64,000 nt of DNA from the human T2T-CHM13v2.0 reference genome, Homo sapiens, in assembly GCF_009914755.1 (NCBI RefSeq), contig NC_060948.1, one strand, 5' to 3'. Positions 1-19,895 of the stretch are shown here, in pieces. The notes beneath the pieces were generated by a model. That model did no database searches. It was not told the DNA's origin and saw only the letters and a program-made list of their open reading frames with translations. The translations under genes and the position numbers were made by a program. The stretch's first letter is position 1; each line of letters starts with the position of its first letter.

Positions 1-240
1 ATATATATATTATATATCATATATGATATAGTACCTTTGTTATATATCATAATACATATAAATGTGTATTATGTTATCTATAATTTTATAATTTCATATA
101 TAAGATGTATAATATGTATTATATATTCTATATGTTACGTAATATATATAGTATATATAAGCTGACACAGGATAAATATTATATACTATGACATATAAAA
201 TATATGAGGTTATATGTTACATATAAGGCATAGCACATAA

Positions 241-555
<315 letters not shown>

Positions 556-1130
556 AGATCCATATTTTTTAAATGAAAAAAAATTTCAAAGGTACTCTGC
601 TTAGTACAATAATCAAATATATAAACTGAGGAACAAAACATAACCATGAAACCTACTTATAACTGCATATGGAAAATACAGAGGATAACTTTTTAAATAA
701 CATATTTTGAAAGGCTTAACTAGTAATTTGAAGAGTTGGCTTTTGAAAGGCCAGTATGAATATACCTTCAAAGCAGCAACACAGGTTCCCCATGAGAAAA
801 AGCAAACTCAGGGAAAATAAAACCACAAAGGTTCAATCTCTTCTGACCTTTGAAAGACACAGCACAGACAGTGGTCCTTAGGACGAAGAGCAGGAGACCC
901 CTAATTCCATCACCATGGCGATAGGGCATAAACATTGCTGGGTGAGGGCACAATCCACATTGTGAGGTCCAACTGCTGCCAGGAAGACAGGAGTGCTTTT
1001 ACATAGACCGAAAGGTCATTGAAGTTTCAGAGTTTTGTTTCAAGAACTGAATCCCAACCCCACACGTTATTAGGCTGCGCTTCTTAAAACAAGTTATGAG
1101 ATGGGAAAAAGGGCACCCACAAACATACGT
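556..1130. repeat. HSATI-like block of unit 1 (representative; recurs directly after every Alu copy)
   Basis: ~575 bp of mixed-composition sequence between the Alu end (gagcca) and the start of the AT-rich tract (catacgtatac), near-identical in all 27 units. Named from the known DYZ2 composition; boundaries approximate. Confidence 0.8.
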
Positions 1131-1784
1131 ATACATTACGTATATAATAATATACAGTATCATATATATAATATATATAACCTATGTATAATATTGTTTT
1201 ACATCCTGCATCTTATATTATGTATATTGTATAAAATATAATTATTGATAATATATAAAATTTATATTTATACAATATGACATATAGTATATATTATAAT
1301 TTATGACATATATAATATATGTTATATATCATATATAGAATATATTATACGGTTAATATACGTATTAAATATAAATTATACATTATATATATTATATATA
1401 ATATTTCTGTTATATATAATACCCATTATGCATAATATATATATTATGTGTATGTTATATATAGTATAAAACAACATATAATAATATATAATTGTATATA
1501 TAATATGCGACATATAATATATATTATATTTTATGACATATGTTATAAATATTATATATTATATATAATACGTTGTATGTATAATACCTATATTAAATAT
1601 ATATTATATGACTATGTTATTAATTACATGTCACATATGTTATATATTATATATTTTACATAGAATATACCGGTTACATACAATATATACTATGTTACCT
1701 ATAATGTATAATATATTACATGTAAAATAAAGAATGCAATATATTATGTATAATTTATAATATACAATATGTGGAATGTGATAT

Positions 1785-1854
1785 ATATAACATATAATAT
1801 ATGATATATGATATACAGTATATGATATATAACATACAATATATGATACATAAT
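1785..1854. repeat. Degenerate 7-bp tandem repeat (ATAYRRY x10) inside the AT block
   Basis: atataac atataat atatgat atatgat atacagt atatgat atataac atacaat atatgat acataat read in register. Confidence 0.75.
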
Positions 1855-1910
1855 ATATATGGTATACAATATATATTTTATGATATGTATTCTATATGTT
1901 TTATATTCTG

Positions 1911-2004
1911 TTATATATAACTATTTGAAATTATATATAACTGTATAATATTTTATGTAAATATGTAATATTATATATAACTATGTAATATATTATATAT
2001 AACT
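1911..2004. repeat. Degenerate ~20-bp minisatellite with TTATATATAACT core
   Basis: ttatatataact at 1911, 1931, 1971 and 1993, with a degenerate copy ttttatgtaaat at 1951. Confidence 0.65.
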
Positions 2005-2658
2005 ATATATTATGTTATATATACTTTTATAACATAATTTACATAAAATATCATAATATAATATATATTATATTATTTCATATTACATAATATATATTAC
2101 ATATCACCCAATATAAGTAACATACATAATATTATAATATAGATTATATTCTGTTATATTAAATATCATATATATCATGTATCATATATTCTATAATATA
2201 TATTATACATTATATAATATGTATGTTGTCTATTATGTGATATATATAACTATATATATAATTATATTATTATACATATAACTAGATAAACATGTAATTC
2301 TACATATTTTCATTTATAATATATAGAATTATATAATCATATATAATTATTTATATTCTATAAAAAATTATAGCTTTATATAAATTATAATATATAAAAA
2401 TTATAATATGTACTACAAATATATATATTGTATATCATATATGATATAGTACCTTTGTTATATATGATAATATATATAAATGTGTATTATGTTATCTATA
2501 ATTATATAATTTCATATATAAGATGTATAATATTTATTATATATTACATATGTTATGTAATATATATAGTATATATAAGATGACACAGGATAAATATTAT
2601 ATACTATGACATATAAAATATATGAGGTTATATGTTACATATAAGGCATAGCACATAA

Positions 2659-2973
<315 letters not shown>

Positions 2974-5098
2974 AGATCCATATTTTCTAAATGAAAAAAA
3001 ATTTCAAAGGTACTCTGCTTGGTACAATAATCAAATGTATAAACTGAGGAATAAAACATAACCATGAAACCTACTTATAACTGCATATGGAAAATACAGA
3101 GGATAATTTTTTAAATAACATATTTTGAAAGCCTTAACTAGTAATTTGCAGAGTTGGCATTTGAAAGGCCAGTATGAATATACCTTCAAAGCAGCAACAC
3201 AGGTTCCCCATGAGAAAAAGCAAACTCAGGGAAAATAAAACCACAAAGGTTCAATCTCTTCTGACCTTTGAAAGACACAGCACAGACAGTGGTCCTTAGG
3301 ACGAAGAGCAGGAGACCCCTATTTCCGTCACCATGGCGATAGGGCATAAACATTGCTGGGTGAGGGCACAATCCACATTGTGAGGTCCAACTGCTGCCAG
3401 GAAGACAGGAGTGCTTTTACATAGACCGAAAGGTCATTGAAGGCTCAGAGTTTTGTTTCAAGAACTGAATCCCAAGCCCACACGTTATTAGGCTGCGCTT
3501 CTTAAAACAAGTTATGAGATGGGAAAAAGGGCACCCACAAACATACGTATACATTATGTATATAATAATATACAGTATCATATATATAATATATATAACC
3601 TATGTATAATATTGTTTTACATCCTGCATCTTATATTATGTATATTGTATAAAATATAATTATTGATAATATATAAAATTTATATTTATACAATATGACA
3701 TATAGTATATATTATAATTTATGACATATATAATATATGTTATATATCATATATAGAATATATTATACGGTTAATATACGTATTAAATATAAATTATACA
3801 TTATATATATTATATATAATATTTCTGTTATATATAATACCCATTATGCATAATATATATATTATGTGTATGTTATATATAGTATAAAACAACATATAAT
3901 AATATATAATTGTATATATAATATGCGACATATAATATATATTATATTTTATGACATATGTTATAAATATTATATATTATATATAATACGTTGTATGTAT
4001 AATAATATATTAAATATATATTATATGACTATGTTATTAATTACATGTCACATATGTTATATATTATATATTTTACATAGAATATACCGGTTACATACAA
4101 TATATACTATGTTACCTATAATGTATAATATATTACATGTAAAATAAAGAATGCAATATATTATGTATAATTTATAATATACAATATGTGGAATGTGATA
4201 TATATAACATATAATATATGATATATGATATACAGTATATGATATATAACATACAATATATGATACATAATATATATGGTATACAATATATATTTTATGA
4301 TATGTATTCTATATGTTTTATATTCTGTTATATATAACTATTTGAAATTATATATAACTGTATAATATTTTATGTAAATATGTAATATTATATATAACTA
4401 TGTAATATATTATATATAACTATATATTATGTTATATATACTTTTATAACATAATTTACATAAAATATCATAATATAATATATATTATATTATTTCATAT
4501 TACATAATATATATTACATATCACCCAATATAAGTAACATACATAATATTATAATATAGATTATATTCTGTTATATTAAATATCATATATATCATGTATC
4601 ATATATTCTATAATATATATTATACATTATATAATATGTATGTTGTCTATTATGTGATATATATAACTATATATATAATTATATTATTATACATATAACT
4701 AGATAAACATGTAATTCTACATATTTTCATTTATAATATATAGAATTATATAATCATATATAATTATTTATATTCTATAAAAAATTATAGCTTTATATAA
4801 ATTATAATATATAAAAATTATAATATGTATTACAAATATATATATTGTATATCATATATGATATAGTACCTTTGTTATATATGATAATACATATAAATGT
4901 GTATTATGTTATCTATAATTATATAATTTCATATATAAGATGTATAATATTTATTATATATTACATATGTTATGTAATATATATAGTATATATAAGATGA
5001 CACAGGATAAATATTATATACTATGACATATAAAATATATGAGGTTATATGTTACATATAAGGCATAGCACATAACATGTAATATATATCATATATAA

Positions 5099-5390
<292 letters not shown>

Positions 5391-7495
5391 AGATCCATAT
5401 TTTCTAAATGAAAAAAAATTTCAAAGGTACTCTGCTTGGTACAATAATCAAATGTATAAACTGAGGAATAAAACATAACCATGAAACCTACTTATAACTG
5501 CATATGGAAAATACAGAGGATAATTTTTTAAATAACATATTTTGAAAGCCTTAACTAGTAATTTGCAGAGTTGGCATTTGAAAGGCCAGTATGAATATAC
5601 CTTCAAAGCAGCAACACAGGTTCCCCATGAGAAAAAGCAAACTCAGGGAAAATAAAACCACAAAGGTTCAATCTCTTCTGACCTTTGAAAGACACAGCAC
5701 AGACAGTGTTCCTTAGGACGAAGAGCAGGAGACCCCTATTTCCGTCACCATGGCGATAGGGCATAAACATTGCTGGGTGAGGGCACAATCCACATTGTGA
5801 GGTCCAACTGCTGCCAGGAAGACAGGAGTGCTTTTACATAGACCGAAAGGTCATTGAAGGCTCAGAGTTTTGTTTCAAGAACTGAATCCCAAGCCCACAC
5901 GTTATTAGGCTGCGCTTCTTAAAACAAGTTATGAGATGGGAAAAAGGGCACCCACAAACATACGTATACATTATGTATATAATAATATACAGTATCATAT
6001 ATATAATATATATAACCTATGTATAATATTGTTTTACATCCTGCATCTTCTGTTATATATATTGTATAAAATATAATAATTGATAATATATAAGTTTTAT
6101 ATATATACAATATGACATATAGTATATATTATAATTTATAACATATATAATATATGTTATATATCATATATAGAATATATTATACGGTTAATATACGTAT
6201 TAAATATAAATTATACATTATATATATTATATATAATATATCTGTTATATATAATACCCATTATGCATAATATATATATTATGTCTATGTTATATATAGT
6301 ATAAAACAACACATAATAACATATAATTGTATATATAAAATGCGACATATAATATATATTATATTTTATGACATATGTAATATATAGTATATATTATATA
6401 TAATACGTTGTATGTATAATTCCTATATTAAATATATATTATATGACTATGTTATTAATTACATGTCACATATGTTATATATTATATATTTTACATAGAA
6501 TATACCGGTTACATACAATATATACTATGTTACCTATAATGTATAATTTATTACATGTAAAATAAAGATTGCAATATATTATGTATAATTTATAATATAC
6601 AATATGTGGAATGTGATATATATAACATATAATATATGATATATGATATACAGTATATGATATATAACATACAATATATGATACCTAATATATATGGTAT
6701 ACAATATATATTTTATGATATGTATTCTATATGTTTTATATTCTGTTATATATAACTATATGAAATTATATATAACTGTATAATATTTTATGTAAATATG
6801 TAATATAATATATATAACTATATAATATATTATATATAACTATATATTATGTTATATATACTTTTATAACATAATTTACATAAAATATCATAATATAATA
6901 TATATTATATTATTTCACATTACATAATATATATTACATATCACCCAATATAAGTAACATACATAATATTATAATATAGATTATATTATGTTATGTTAAA
7001 TATCATATATATCATGTATCATATATTCTATAATATATATTATACATTATATAATATGTATGTTGTCTATTATGTGATATATATAACTATATATATAATT
7101 ATATTATTATACATATAACTAGATAAACATGTAATTCTACATATTTTCATTTATAATATATAGAATTATATAATCATATATAATTATTTATATTCTATAA
7201 AAAATTATATCATTATATAAATTATAATATATAAAAATTATAATATGTACTACAAATATATATATTATATATCATATATGATATAGTACCTTTGTTATAT
7301 ATCATAATACATATAAATGTGTATTATGTTATCTATAATTATATAATTTCATATATAAGATGTATAATATGTATTATATATTATATATGTTATGTAATAT
7401 ATATAGTATATATAAGATGACACAGGATAAATATTATATACTATGACATATAAAATATATGAGGTTATATGTTACATATAAGGCATAGCACATAA

Positions 7496-7810
<315 letters not shown>

Positions 7811-9913
7811 AGATCCATATTTTTTAAATGAAAAAAAATTTCAAAGGTACTCTGATTGGTACAATAATCAAATGTATAAACTGAGGAATAAAACATAACC
7901 ATGAAACCTACTTATAACTGCATATGGAAAATACAGAGGATAATTTTTTAAATAACATATTTTGAAAGCCTTAACTAGTAGTTTGAAGAGTTGGCATTTG
8001 AAAGGCCAGTATGAATATACCTTCAAAGCAGCAACACAGGTTCCCCATGAGAAAAAGCAAACTCAGGGAAAATAAAACCACAAATGTTCAATCTCTTCTG
8101 ACCTATGAAAGACACAGCACAGACAGTGGTCCTTAGGACGAAGAGCAGGAGACCCCTAATTCCGTCACCATGGCGATAGGGCATAAACATTGCTGGGTGA
8201 GGGCACAATCCACATTGTGAGGTCCAACTGCTGCCAGGAAGACAGGAGTGCTTTTACATAGACCGAAAGGTCATTGAAGTTTCAGAGTTTTGTTTCAAGA
8301 ACTGAATCCCAACCCCACACGTTATTAGGCTGCGCTTCTTAAAACAAGTTATGAGATGGGAAAAAGGGCACCCACAAACATACGTATACATTATGTATAT
8401 AATAATATACAGTATCATATATATAATATATATAACCTATGTATAATATTGTTTTACATCCTGCATCTTATATTATGTATATTGTATAAAATATAATTAT
8501 TGATAATATATAAAATTTATATTTATACAATATGACATATAGTATATATTATAATTTATGACATATATAATATATGTTATATATCATATATAGAATATAT
8601 TATACGGTTAATATACGTATTAAATATAAATTATACATTATATATATTATATATAATATTTCTGTTATATATAATACCCATTATGCATAATATATATATT
8701 ATGTGTATGTTATATATAGTATAAAACAACATATAATAATATATAATTGTATATATAAAACGCGACATATAATATATATTATATTTTATGACATATGTTA
8801 TAAATATTATATATTATATATAATACGTTGTATGTATAATACCTATATTAAATATATATTATATGACTATGTTATTAATTACATGTCACATATGTTATAT
8901 ATTATATATTTTACATAGAATATACCGGTTACATACAATATATACTATGTTACCTATAATGTATAATATATTACATGTAAAATAAAGAATGCAATATATT
9001 ATGTATAATTTATAATATACAATATGTGGAATGTGATATATATAACATATAATATATGATATATGATATACAGTATATGATATATAACATACAATATATG
9101 ATACATAATATATATGGTATACAATATATATTTTATGATATGTATTCTATATGTTTTATATTCTGTTATATATAACTATTTGAAATTATATATAACTGTA
9201 TAATATTTTATGTAAATATGTAATATTATATATAACTATGTAATATATTATATATAACTATATATTATGTTATATATACTTTTATAACATAATTTACATA
9301 AAATATCATAATATAATATATATTATATTATTTCATATTACATAATATATATTACATATCACCCAATATAAGTAACATACATAATATTATAATATAGATT
9401 ATATTATGTTATATTAAATATCATATATATCATGTATCATATATTCTATAATATATATTATACATTATATAATATGTATGTTGTCTATTAAGTGATATAT
9501 ATAACTATATATATAATTATATTATTATACATATAACTAGATAAACATGTAATTCTACATATTTTCATTTATAATATATAGAATTATATAATCATATATA
9601 ATTATTTATATTCTATAAAAAATTATAGCTTTATATAAATTATAATATATAAAAATTATAATATGTACTACAAATATATATATTGTATATCATATATGAT
9701 ATAGTACCTTTGTTATATATGATAATACATATAAATGTGTATTATGTTATCTATAATTATATAATTTCATATATAAGATGTATAATATTTATTATATATT
9801 ACATATGTTATGTAATATATATAGTATATATAAGATGACACAGGATAAATATTATATACTATGACATATAAAATATATGAGGTTATATGTTACATATAAG
9901 GCATAGCACATAA

Positions 9914-10228
<315 letters not shown>

Positions 10229-12356
10229 AGATCCATATTTTCTAAATGAAAAAAAATTTCAAAGGTACTCTGCTTGGTACAATAATCAAATGTATAAACT
10301 GAGGAATAAAACATAACCATGAAACCTACTTATAACTGCATATGGAAAATACAGAGGATAATTTTTTAAATAACATATTTTGAAAGCCTTAACTAGTAAT
10401 TTGAAGAGTTGGCATTTGAAAGGCCAGTATGAATATACCTTCAAAGCAGCAACACAGGTTCCCCATGAGAAAAAGCAAACTCAGGGAAAATAAAACCACA
10501 AAGGTTCAATCTCTTCTGACCTTTGAAAGACACAGCACAGACAGTGGTCCTTAGGACGAAGAGCAGGAGACCCCTATTTCCGTCACCATGGCGATAGGGC
10601 ATAAACATTGCTGGGTGAGGGCACAATCCACATTGTGAGGTCCAACTGCTGCCAGGAAGACAGGAGTGCTTTTACATAGACCGAAAGGTCATTGAAGGCT
10701 CAGAGTTTTGTTTCAAGAACTGAATCCCAAGCCCACACGTTATTAGGCTGCGCTTCTTAAAACAAGTTATGAGATGGGAAAAAGGGCACCCACAAACATA
10801 CGTATACATTATGTATATAATAATATACAGTATCATATATATAATATATATAACCTATGTATAATATTGTTTTACATCCTGCATCTTCTGTTATATATAT
10901 TGTATAAAATATAATAATTGATAATATATAAGTTTTATATATATACAATATGACATATAGTATATATTATAATTTATAACATATATAATATATGTTATAT
11001 ATCATATATAGAATATATTATACGGTTAATATACGTATTAAATATAAATTATACATTATATATATTATATATAATATATCTGTTATATATAATACCCATT
11101 ATGCATAATATATATATTATGTCTATGTTATATATAGTATAAAACAACACATAATAACATATAATTGTATATATAAAATGCGACATATAATATATATTAT
11201 ATTTTATGACATATGTAATATATAGTATATATTATATATAATACGTTGTATGTATAATTCCTATATTAAATATATATTATATGACTATGTTATTAATTAC
11301 ATGTCACATATGTTATATATTATATATTTTACATAGAATATACCGGTTACATACAATATATACTATGTTACCTATAATGTATAATTTATTACATGTAAAA
11401 TAAAGATTGCAATATATTATGTATAATTTATAATATACAATATGTGGAATGTGATATATATAACATATAATATATGATATATGATATACAGTATATGATA
11501 TATAACATACAATATATGATACCTAATATATATGGTATACAATATATATTTTATGATATGTATTCTATATGTTTTATATTCTGTTATATATAACTATATG
11601 AAATTATATATAACTGTATAATATTTTATGTAAATATGTAATATAATATATATAACTATATAATATATTATATATAACTATATATTATGTTATATATACT
11701 TTTATAACATAATTTACATAAAATATCATAATATAATATATATTATATTATTTCACATTACATAATATATATTACATATCACCCAATATAAGTAACATAC
11801 ATAATATTATAATATAGATTATATTATGTTATGTTAAATATCATATATATCATGTATCATATATTCTATAATATATATTATACATTATATAATATGTATG
11901 TTGTCTATTATGTGATATATATAACTATATATATAATTATATTATTATACATATAACTAGATAAACATGTAATTCTACATATTTTCATTTATAATATATA
12001 GAATTATATAATCATATATAATTATTTATATTCTATAAAAAATTATATCATTATATAAATTATAATATATAAAAATTATAATATGTACTACAAATATATA
12101 TATTATATATCATATATGATATAGTACCTTTGTTATATATCATAATACATATAAATGTGTATTATGTTATCTATAATTATATAATTTCATATATAAGATG
12201 TATAATATGTATTATATATTATATATGTTATGTAATATATATAGTATATATAAGATGACACAGGATAAATATTATATACTATGACATATAAAATATATGA
12301 GGTTATATGTTACATATAAGGCATAGCACATAACATGTAATATATATCATCTATAA

Positions 12357-12648
<292 letters not shown>

Positions 12649-14747
12649 AGATCCATATTTTTTAAATGAAAAAAAATTTCAAAGGTACTCTGCTTGGTAC
12701 AATAATCAAATGTATAAACTGAGGAATAAAACATAACCATGAAACCTACTTATAACTGCATATGGAAAATACAGAGGATAATTTTTTAAATAACATATTT
12801 TGAAAGCCTTAACTAGTAATTTGAAGAGTTGGCATTTGAAAGGCCAGTATGAATATACCTTCAAAGCAGCAACACAGGTTCCCCATGAGAAAAAGCAAAC
12901 TCAGGGAAAATAAAACCACAAAGGTTCAATCTCTTCTGACCTTTGAAAGACACAGCACAGACAGTGGTCCTTAGGACGAAGAGCAGGAGACCCCTAATTC
13001 CGTCACCATGGCGATAGGGCATAAACACTGCTGGGTGAGGGCACAATCCACATTGTGAGGTCCAACTGCTGCCAGGAAGACAGGAGTGCTTTTACATAGA
13101 CCGAAAGGTCATTGAAGGCTCAGAGTTTTGTTTCAAGAACTGAATCCCAAGCCCACACGTTATTAGGCTGCGCTTCTTAAAACAAGTTATGAGATGGGAA
13201 AAAGGGCACCCACAAACATACGTATAAATTATGTATATAATAATATACAGTATCATATATATAATATATATAACCTATGTATAATATTGTTTTACATCCT
13301 GCATCTTATATTATATATATTGTATAAAATATAATTATTGATAATATATAAATTTTATATTTATACAATATGACATATAGTATATATTATAATTTATGAC
13401 ATATATAATATATGTTATATATCATATACAGAATATATTATACGGATAATATACGTATTAAATATAAATTATACATTATATATATTATATATAATATTTC
13501 TGTTATATATAATACCCATTATGCATAATATATATATTATGTGTATGTTATATATAGTATAAAACAACATATAATAATATATAATTGTATATATAAAATG
13601 CGACATATAATATATATTATATTTTATGACATATGTTATAAATATTATATATTATATATAATACGTTGCATGTATAATACCTATATTAAATATATATTAT
13701 ATGACTATGTTATTAATTACATGTCACATATGTTATATATTATATATTTTACATAGAATATACCGGTTACTTACAATATATAATATGTTACCTATAATGT
13801 ATAATATATTACATGTAAAATAAAGAATGCAATATATTATGTGTAATTTATAATATACAATATGTGGAATGTGATATATATAACATATAATATATGATAT
13901 ATGATATACAGTATATGATATATAACATAGAATATATGATACATAATATATATGGTATAAAATATATATTTTATGATATGTATTCTATATGTTTTATATT
14001 CTGTTATATATAAATATTTGAAATTATATATAACTGTATAATATTTTATGTAAATATGTAATATAATATATAACTATGTAATATATTATATATAGCTATA
14101 TATTATGTTATATATACTTTTATAACATAATTTTCATAAAATATCATAATATAATATATATTATATTATTTCATATTACATAATATATATTACATATCAC
14201 CCAATATAAGTAACATACATAATATCATAATATAGATTATATTATGTTATATTAAATATCATATATATCATGTATCATATATTCTATAATATATATTATA
14301 CATTATATAATATGTATGTTGTCTATTATGTGATATATATAACTATATATATAATTATATTATTATACGTATATCTAGATAAACATGTAATTCTACATAT
14401 TTTCATTTATAATATATAGAATTACATAATCATATATAATTATATTCTATAAAAAATTATAACATTATATAAATTATAATATATAAAAATTCTAATATGT
14501 ACTACAAATATATATATTATATATCATATATGATATAGTACCTTTGTTATATATCATAATACATATAAATGTGTATTATGTTATCTATAATTATATAATT
14601 TCATATATAAGATGTATAATATTTATTATATATTATAAATGTTATGTAATATATATAGTATATATAAGATGACACAGGATAAATATTATATACTATGACA
14701 TATAAAATATATGAGGTTATATGTTACATATAAGGCATAGCACATAA

Positions 14748-15062
<315 letters not shown>

Positions 15063-17160
15063 AGATCCATATTTTGTAAATGAAAAAAAATTTCAAAGGT
15101 ACTCTGCTTGGTACAATAATCAAATGTATAAACTGAGGAATAAAACATAACCATGAAACCTACTTATAACTGCATATGGAAAATACAGAGGATAATTTTT
15201 TAAATAACATATTTTGAAAGCCTTAACTAGTAATTTGAAGAGTTGGCATTTGAAAGGCCAGTATGAATATACCTTCAAAGCAGCAACACAGGTTCCCCAT
15301 GAGAAAATGCAAACTCAGGGAAAATAAAACCACAAAGGTTCAATCTCTTCTGACCTTTGAAAGACACAGCACAGACAGTGGTCCTTAGGACGAAGAGCAG
15401 GAGACCCCTAATTCCGTCACCATGGCGATAGGGCATAAACACTGCTGGGTGAGGGCACAATCCACATTGTGAGGTCCAACTGCTGCCAGGAAGACAGGAG
15501 TGCTTTTACATAGACCGAAAGGTCATTGAAGGCTCAGAGTTTTGTTTCAAGAACTGAATCCCAAGCCCACACGTTATTAGGCTGCGCTTCTTAAAACAAG
15601 TTATGAGATGGGAAAAAGGGCACCCACAAACATACGTATACATTATGTATATAATCATATACAGTATCATATATATAATATATATAACCTATGTATAATA
15701 TTGTTTTACATCCTGCATCTTATATTATATATATTGTGTAAAATATAATAATTGATAATATATAAGTTTTATATTTATACAATATGACATATAGTATATA
15801 TTATAATTTATGACATATATAATATATGTTATATATCATATATAGAATATATTATACGGTTAATATACGTATTAAATATAAATTATACATTATATATATT
15901 ATATATAATATATCTGCTATATATAATACCCATTATGCATAATATATATATTATGTCTATGTTATGTATAGTATAAAACAACATATAATAATATATAATT
16001 GTATATATAAAATGCGACATATAATATATATTTTATTTTATGACATCTGTAATATATATTATATATTATATATAATACGTTGTATGTATAATAGCTATAT
16101 TAAATATATATTATATGACTATGTTATTAATTACATGTCACATATGTTATATATTATATATTTTACATAGAATATACCGGTTACATACAATATATACTAT
16201 GTTACCTATAATGTATAATTTATTACATGTAAAATAAAGAATGCAATATATTATGTGTAATTTATAATATACAATATGTGGAATGTGATATATATAACAT
16301 ATAATATATGATATATGATATACAGTATACGATATATAACATACAATATATGATACCTAATATATATGGTATACAATATATATTTTATGATATGTATTCT
16401 ATATGTTTTATATTCTGTTATATATAACTATTTGAAATTATATATAACTGTATAATATTTTATGTAAATATGTAATATAATATATATAACTATATAATAT
16501 ATTATATATAACTATATATTATGTTATATATACTTTCATAACTTTATTTACATAAAATATCATAGTATAATATATATTATATTACTTCATATTACATAAT
16601 ATATATTACATATCACCAAATATAAGTAACATACATAATATTATAATATACATTATATTATGTTATATTAAATATAATATATATCATGTATCATATATTC
16701 TATAATATATATTACACATTATATAATATGCATGTTGTCTATTATGTGATATATATAACTATATATATAATTATATTATTATACATATATCTAGATAAAC
16801 ATGTAATTCTACATATTTTTATTTATAATATATAGAATTACATAATCATATATAATTATATTCTATAAAAAATTATATCATTATATAAATTATAATATAT
16901 AAAAATTATAATATGTACTACAAATATATATATTATATATCATATATGATATAGTACCTTTGTTATATATCATAATACATATAAATGTGTATTATGTTAT
17001 CTATAATTATATAATTTCATATATAAGATGTATAATTATTATATATTATAAATGTTATGTAATATATATAGTATATATAAGATGACACATGATAAATATT
17101 ATATACTATGACATATAAAATATATGAGGTTATATGTTACATATAAGGCATAGCACATAA

Positions 17161-17475
<315 letters not shown>

Positions 17476-19580
17476 AGATCCATATTTTGTAAATGAAAAA
17501 AAATTTCAAAGGTACTCTGCTTGGTACAATAATCAAATGTATAAACTGAGGAATAAAACATAACCATGAAACCTACTTATAACTGCATATGGAAAATACA
17601 GAGGATAATTTTTTAAATAACATATTTTGAAAGCCTTAACTAGTAATTTGAAGAGTTGGCATTTGAAAGGCCAGTATGAATATACCTTCAAAGCAGCAAC
17701 ACAGGTTCCCCATGAGAAAAAGCAAACTCAGGGAAAATAAAACCACAAAGGTTCAATCTCTTCTGACCTTTGAAAGACACAGCACAGACAGTGGTCCTTA
17801 GGACGAAGAGCAGGAGACCCCTAATTCCGTCACCATGACGATAGGGCATAAACACTGCTGGGTGAGGGCACAATCCACATTGTGAGGTCCAACTGCTGCC
17901 AGGAAGACAGGAGTGCTTTTACATAGACCGAAAGGTCATTGAAGGCTCAGAGTTTTGTTTCAAGAACTGAATCCCAAGCCCACACGTTATTAGGCTGCGC
18001 TTCTTAAAACAAGTTATGAGATGGGAAAAAGGGCACTAACAAACATACGTATACATTATGTATATAATAATATACAGTATCATATATATAATATATATAA
18101 CCTATGTATAATATTGTTTTACATCCTGCATCTTATATTATATATATTGTGTAAAATATAATAATTGATAATATATAAGTTTTATATTTATACAATATGA
18201 CTTATAGTATATATTATAATTTATGACATATATAATATATGTTATATATCATATATAGAATATATTATACGGTTAATATACGTATTAAATATAAATTATA
18301 CATTATATATATTATATATAATATATCTGCTATATATAATACCCATTATGCATAATATATATATTATGTCTATGTTATGTATAGTATAAAACAACATATA
18401 ATAATATATAATTGTATATATAAAATGCGACATATAATATATATTATATTTTATGACATCTGTAATATATATTATATATTATATATAATACGTTGTATGT
18501 ATAATAGCTATATTAAATATATATTATATGACTATGTTATTAATTACATGTCACATATGTTATATATTATATATTATACATAGAATATACCGGTTATATA
18601 CAATATATACTATGTTACCTATAATGTATAATTTATTACATGTAAAATAAAGAATGCAATATATTATGTGTAATTTATAATATACAATATGTGGAATGTG
18701 ATATATATAACATATAATATATGATATATGATATACAGTATATGATATATAACATACAATATATGATACCTAATATATATGGTATACAATATATATTTTA
18801 TGATATGTATTCTAAATGTTTTATATTCTGTTATATATAACTGTTTGAAATTATATATAACTGTATAATATTTTATGTAAATATGTAATATAATATATAT
18901 AACTATATAATATATTATATATAACTATATATTATGTTATATATACTTTTATAACTTTATTTACATAAAATATCATAGTATAATATATATTATATTACTT
19001 CATATTACATAATATATATTACATATCACCCAATATAAGTAACATACATAATATTATAATATAGATTATATTATGTTATATTAAATATCATATATATCAT
19101 GTATCATATATTCTATAATATGTATTATACATTATATAATATGCATGTTGTCTATTATGTGATATATATAACTATATATATAATTATATGATTATACATA
19201 TATCTAGATAAACATGTAATTCTACATGTTTTCATTTATAATATATAGAATTACATAATCATATATAATTATTTATATTCTATAAAAAATTATATCATTA
19301 TATAAATTATAATATATAAAAATTCTAATATGTACTACAAATATATATATTATATATCATATATGATATAGTACCTTTGTTATATATCATAATACATATA
19401 AATGTGTATTATGTTATCTATAATTATATAATTTCATATATAAGATGTATAATATTTATTATATATTATAAATGTTATGTAATATATATAGTATATATAA
19501 GATGACACAGGATAAATATTATATACTATGACATATAAAATATATGAGGTTATATGTTACATATAAGGCATAGCACATAA

Positions 19581-19895
<315 letters not shown>

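Noticed and set aside
768-953. 61-aa minus-strand ORF (MCPHPA...) recurring in 26 units
   Set aside because: It starts at TTG (caa on +), not ATG, and has no recognisable domain. Its conservation simply reflects the satellite repeat. It is absent from the track in U14 only because caa became cag.
1448-1663. Tyr/Ile-rich 63-93 aa ORFs in the AT blocks
   Set aside because: Composition is forced by TAT/ATA codons in (AT)n DNA. Starts and ends shift between copies.
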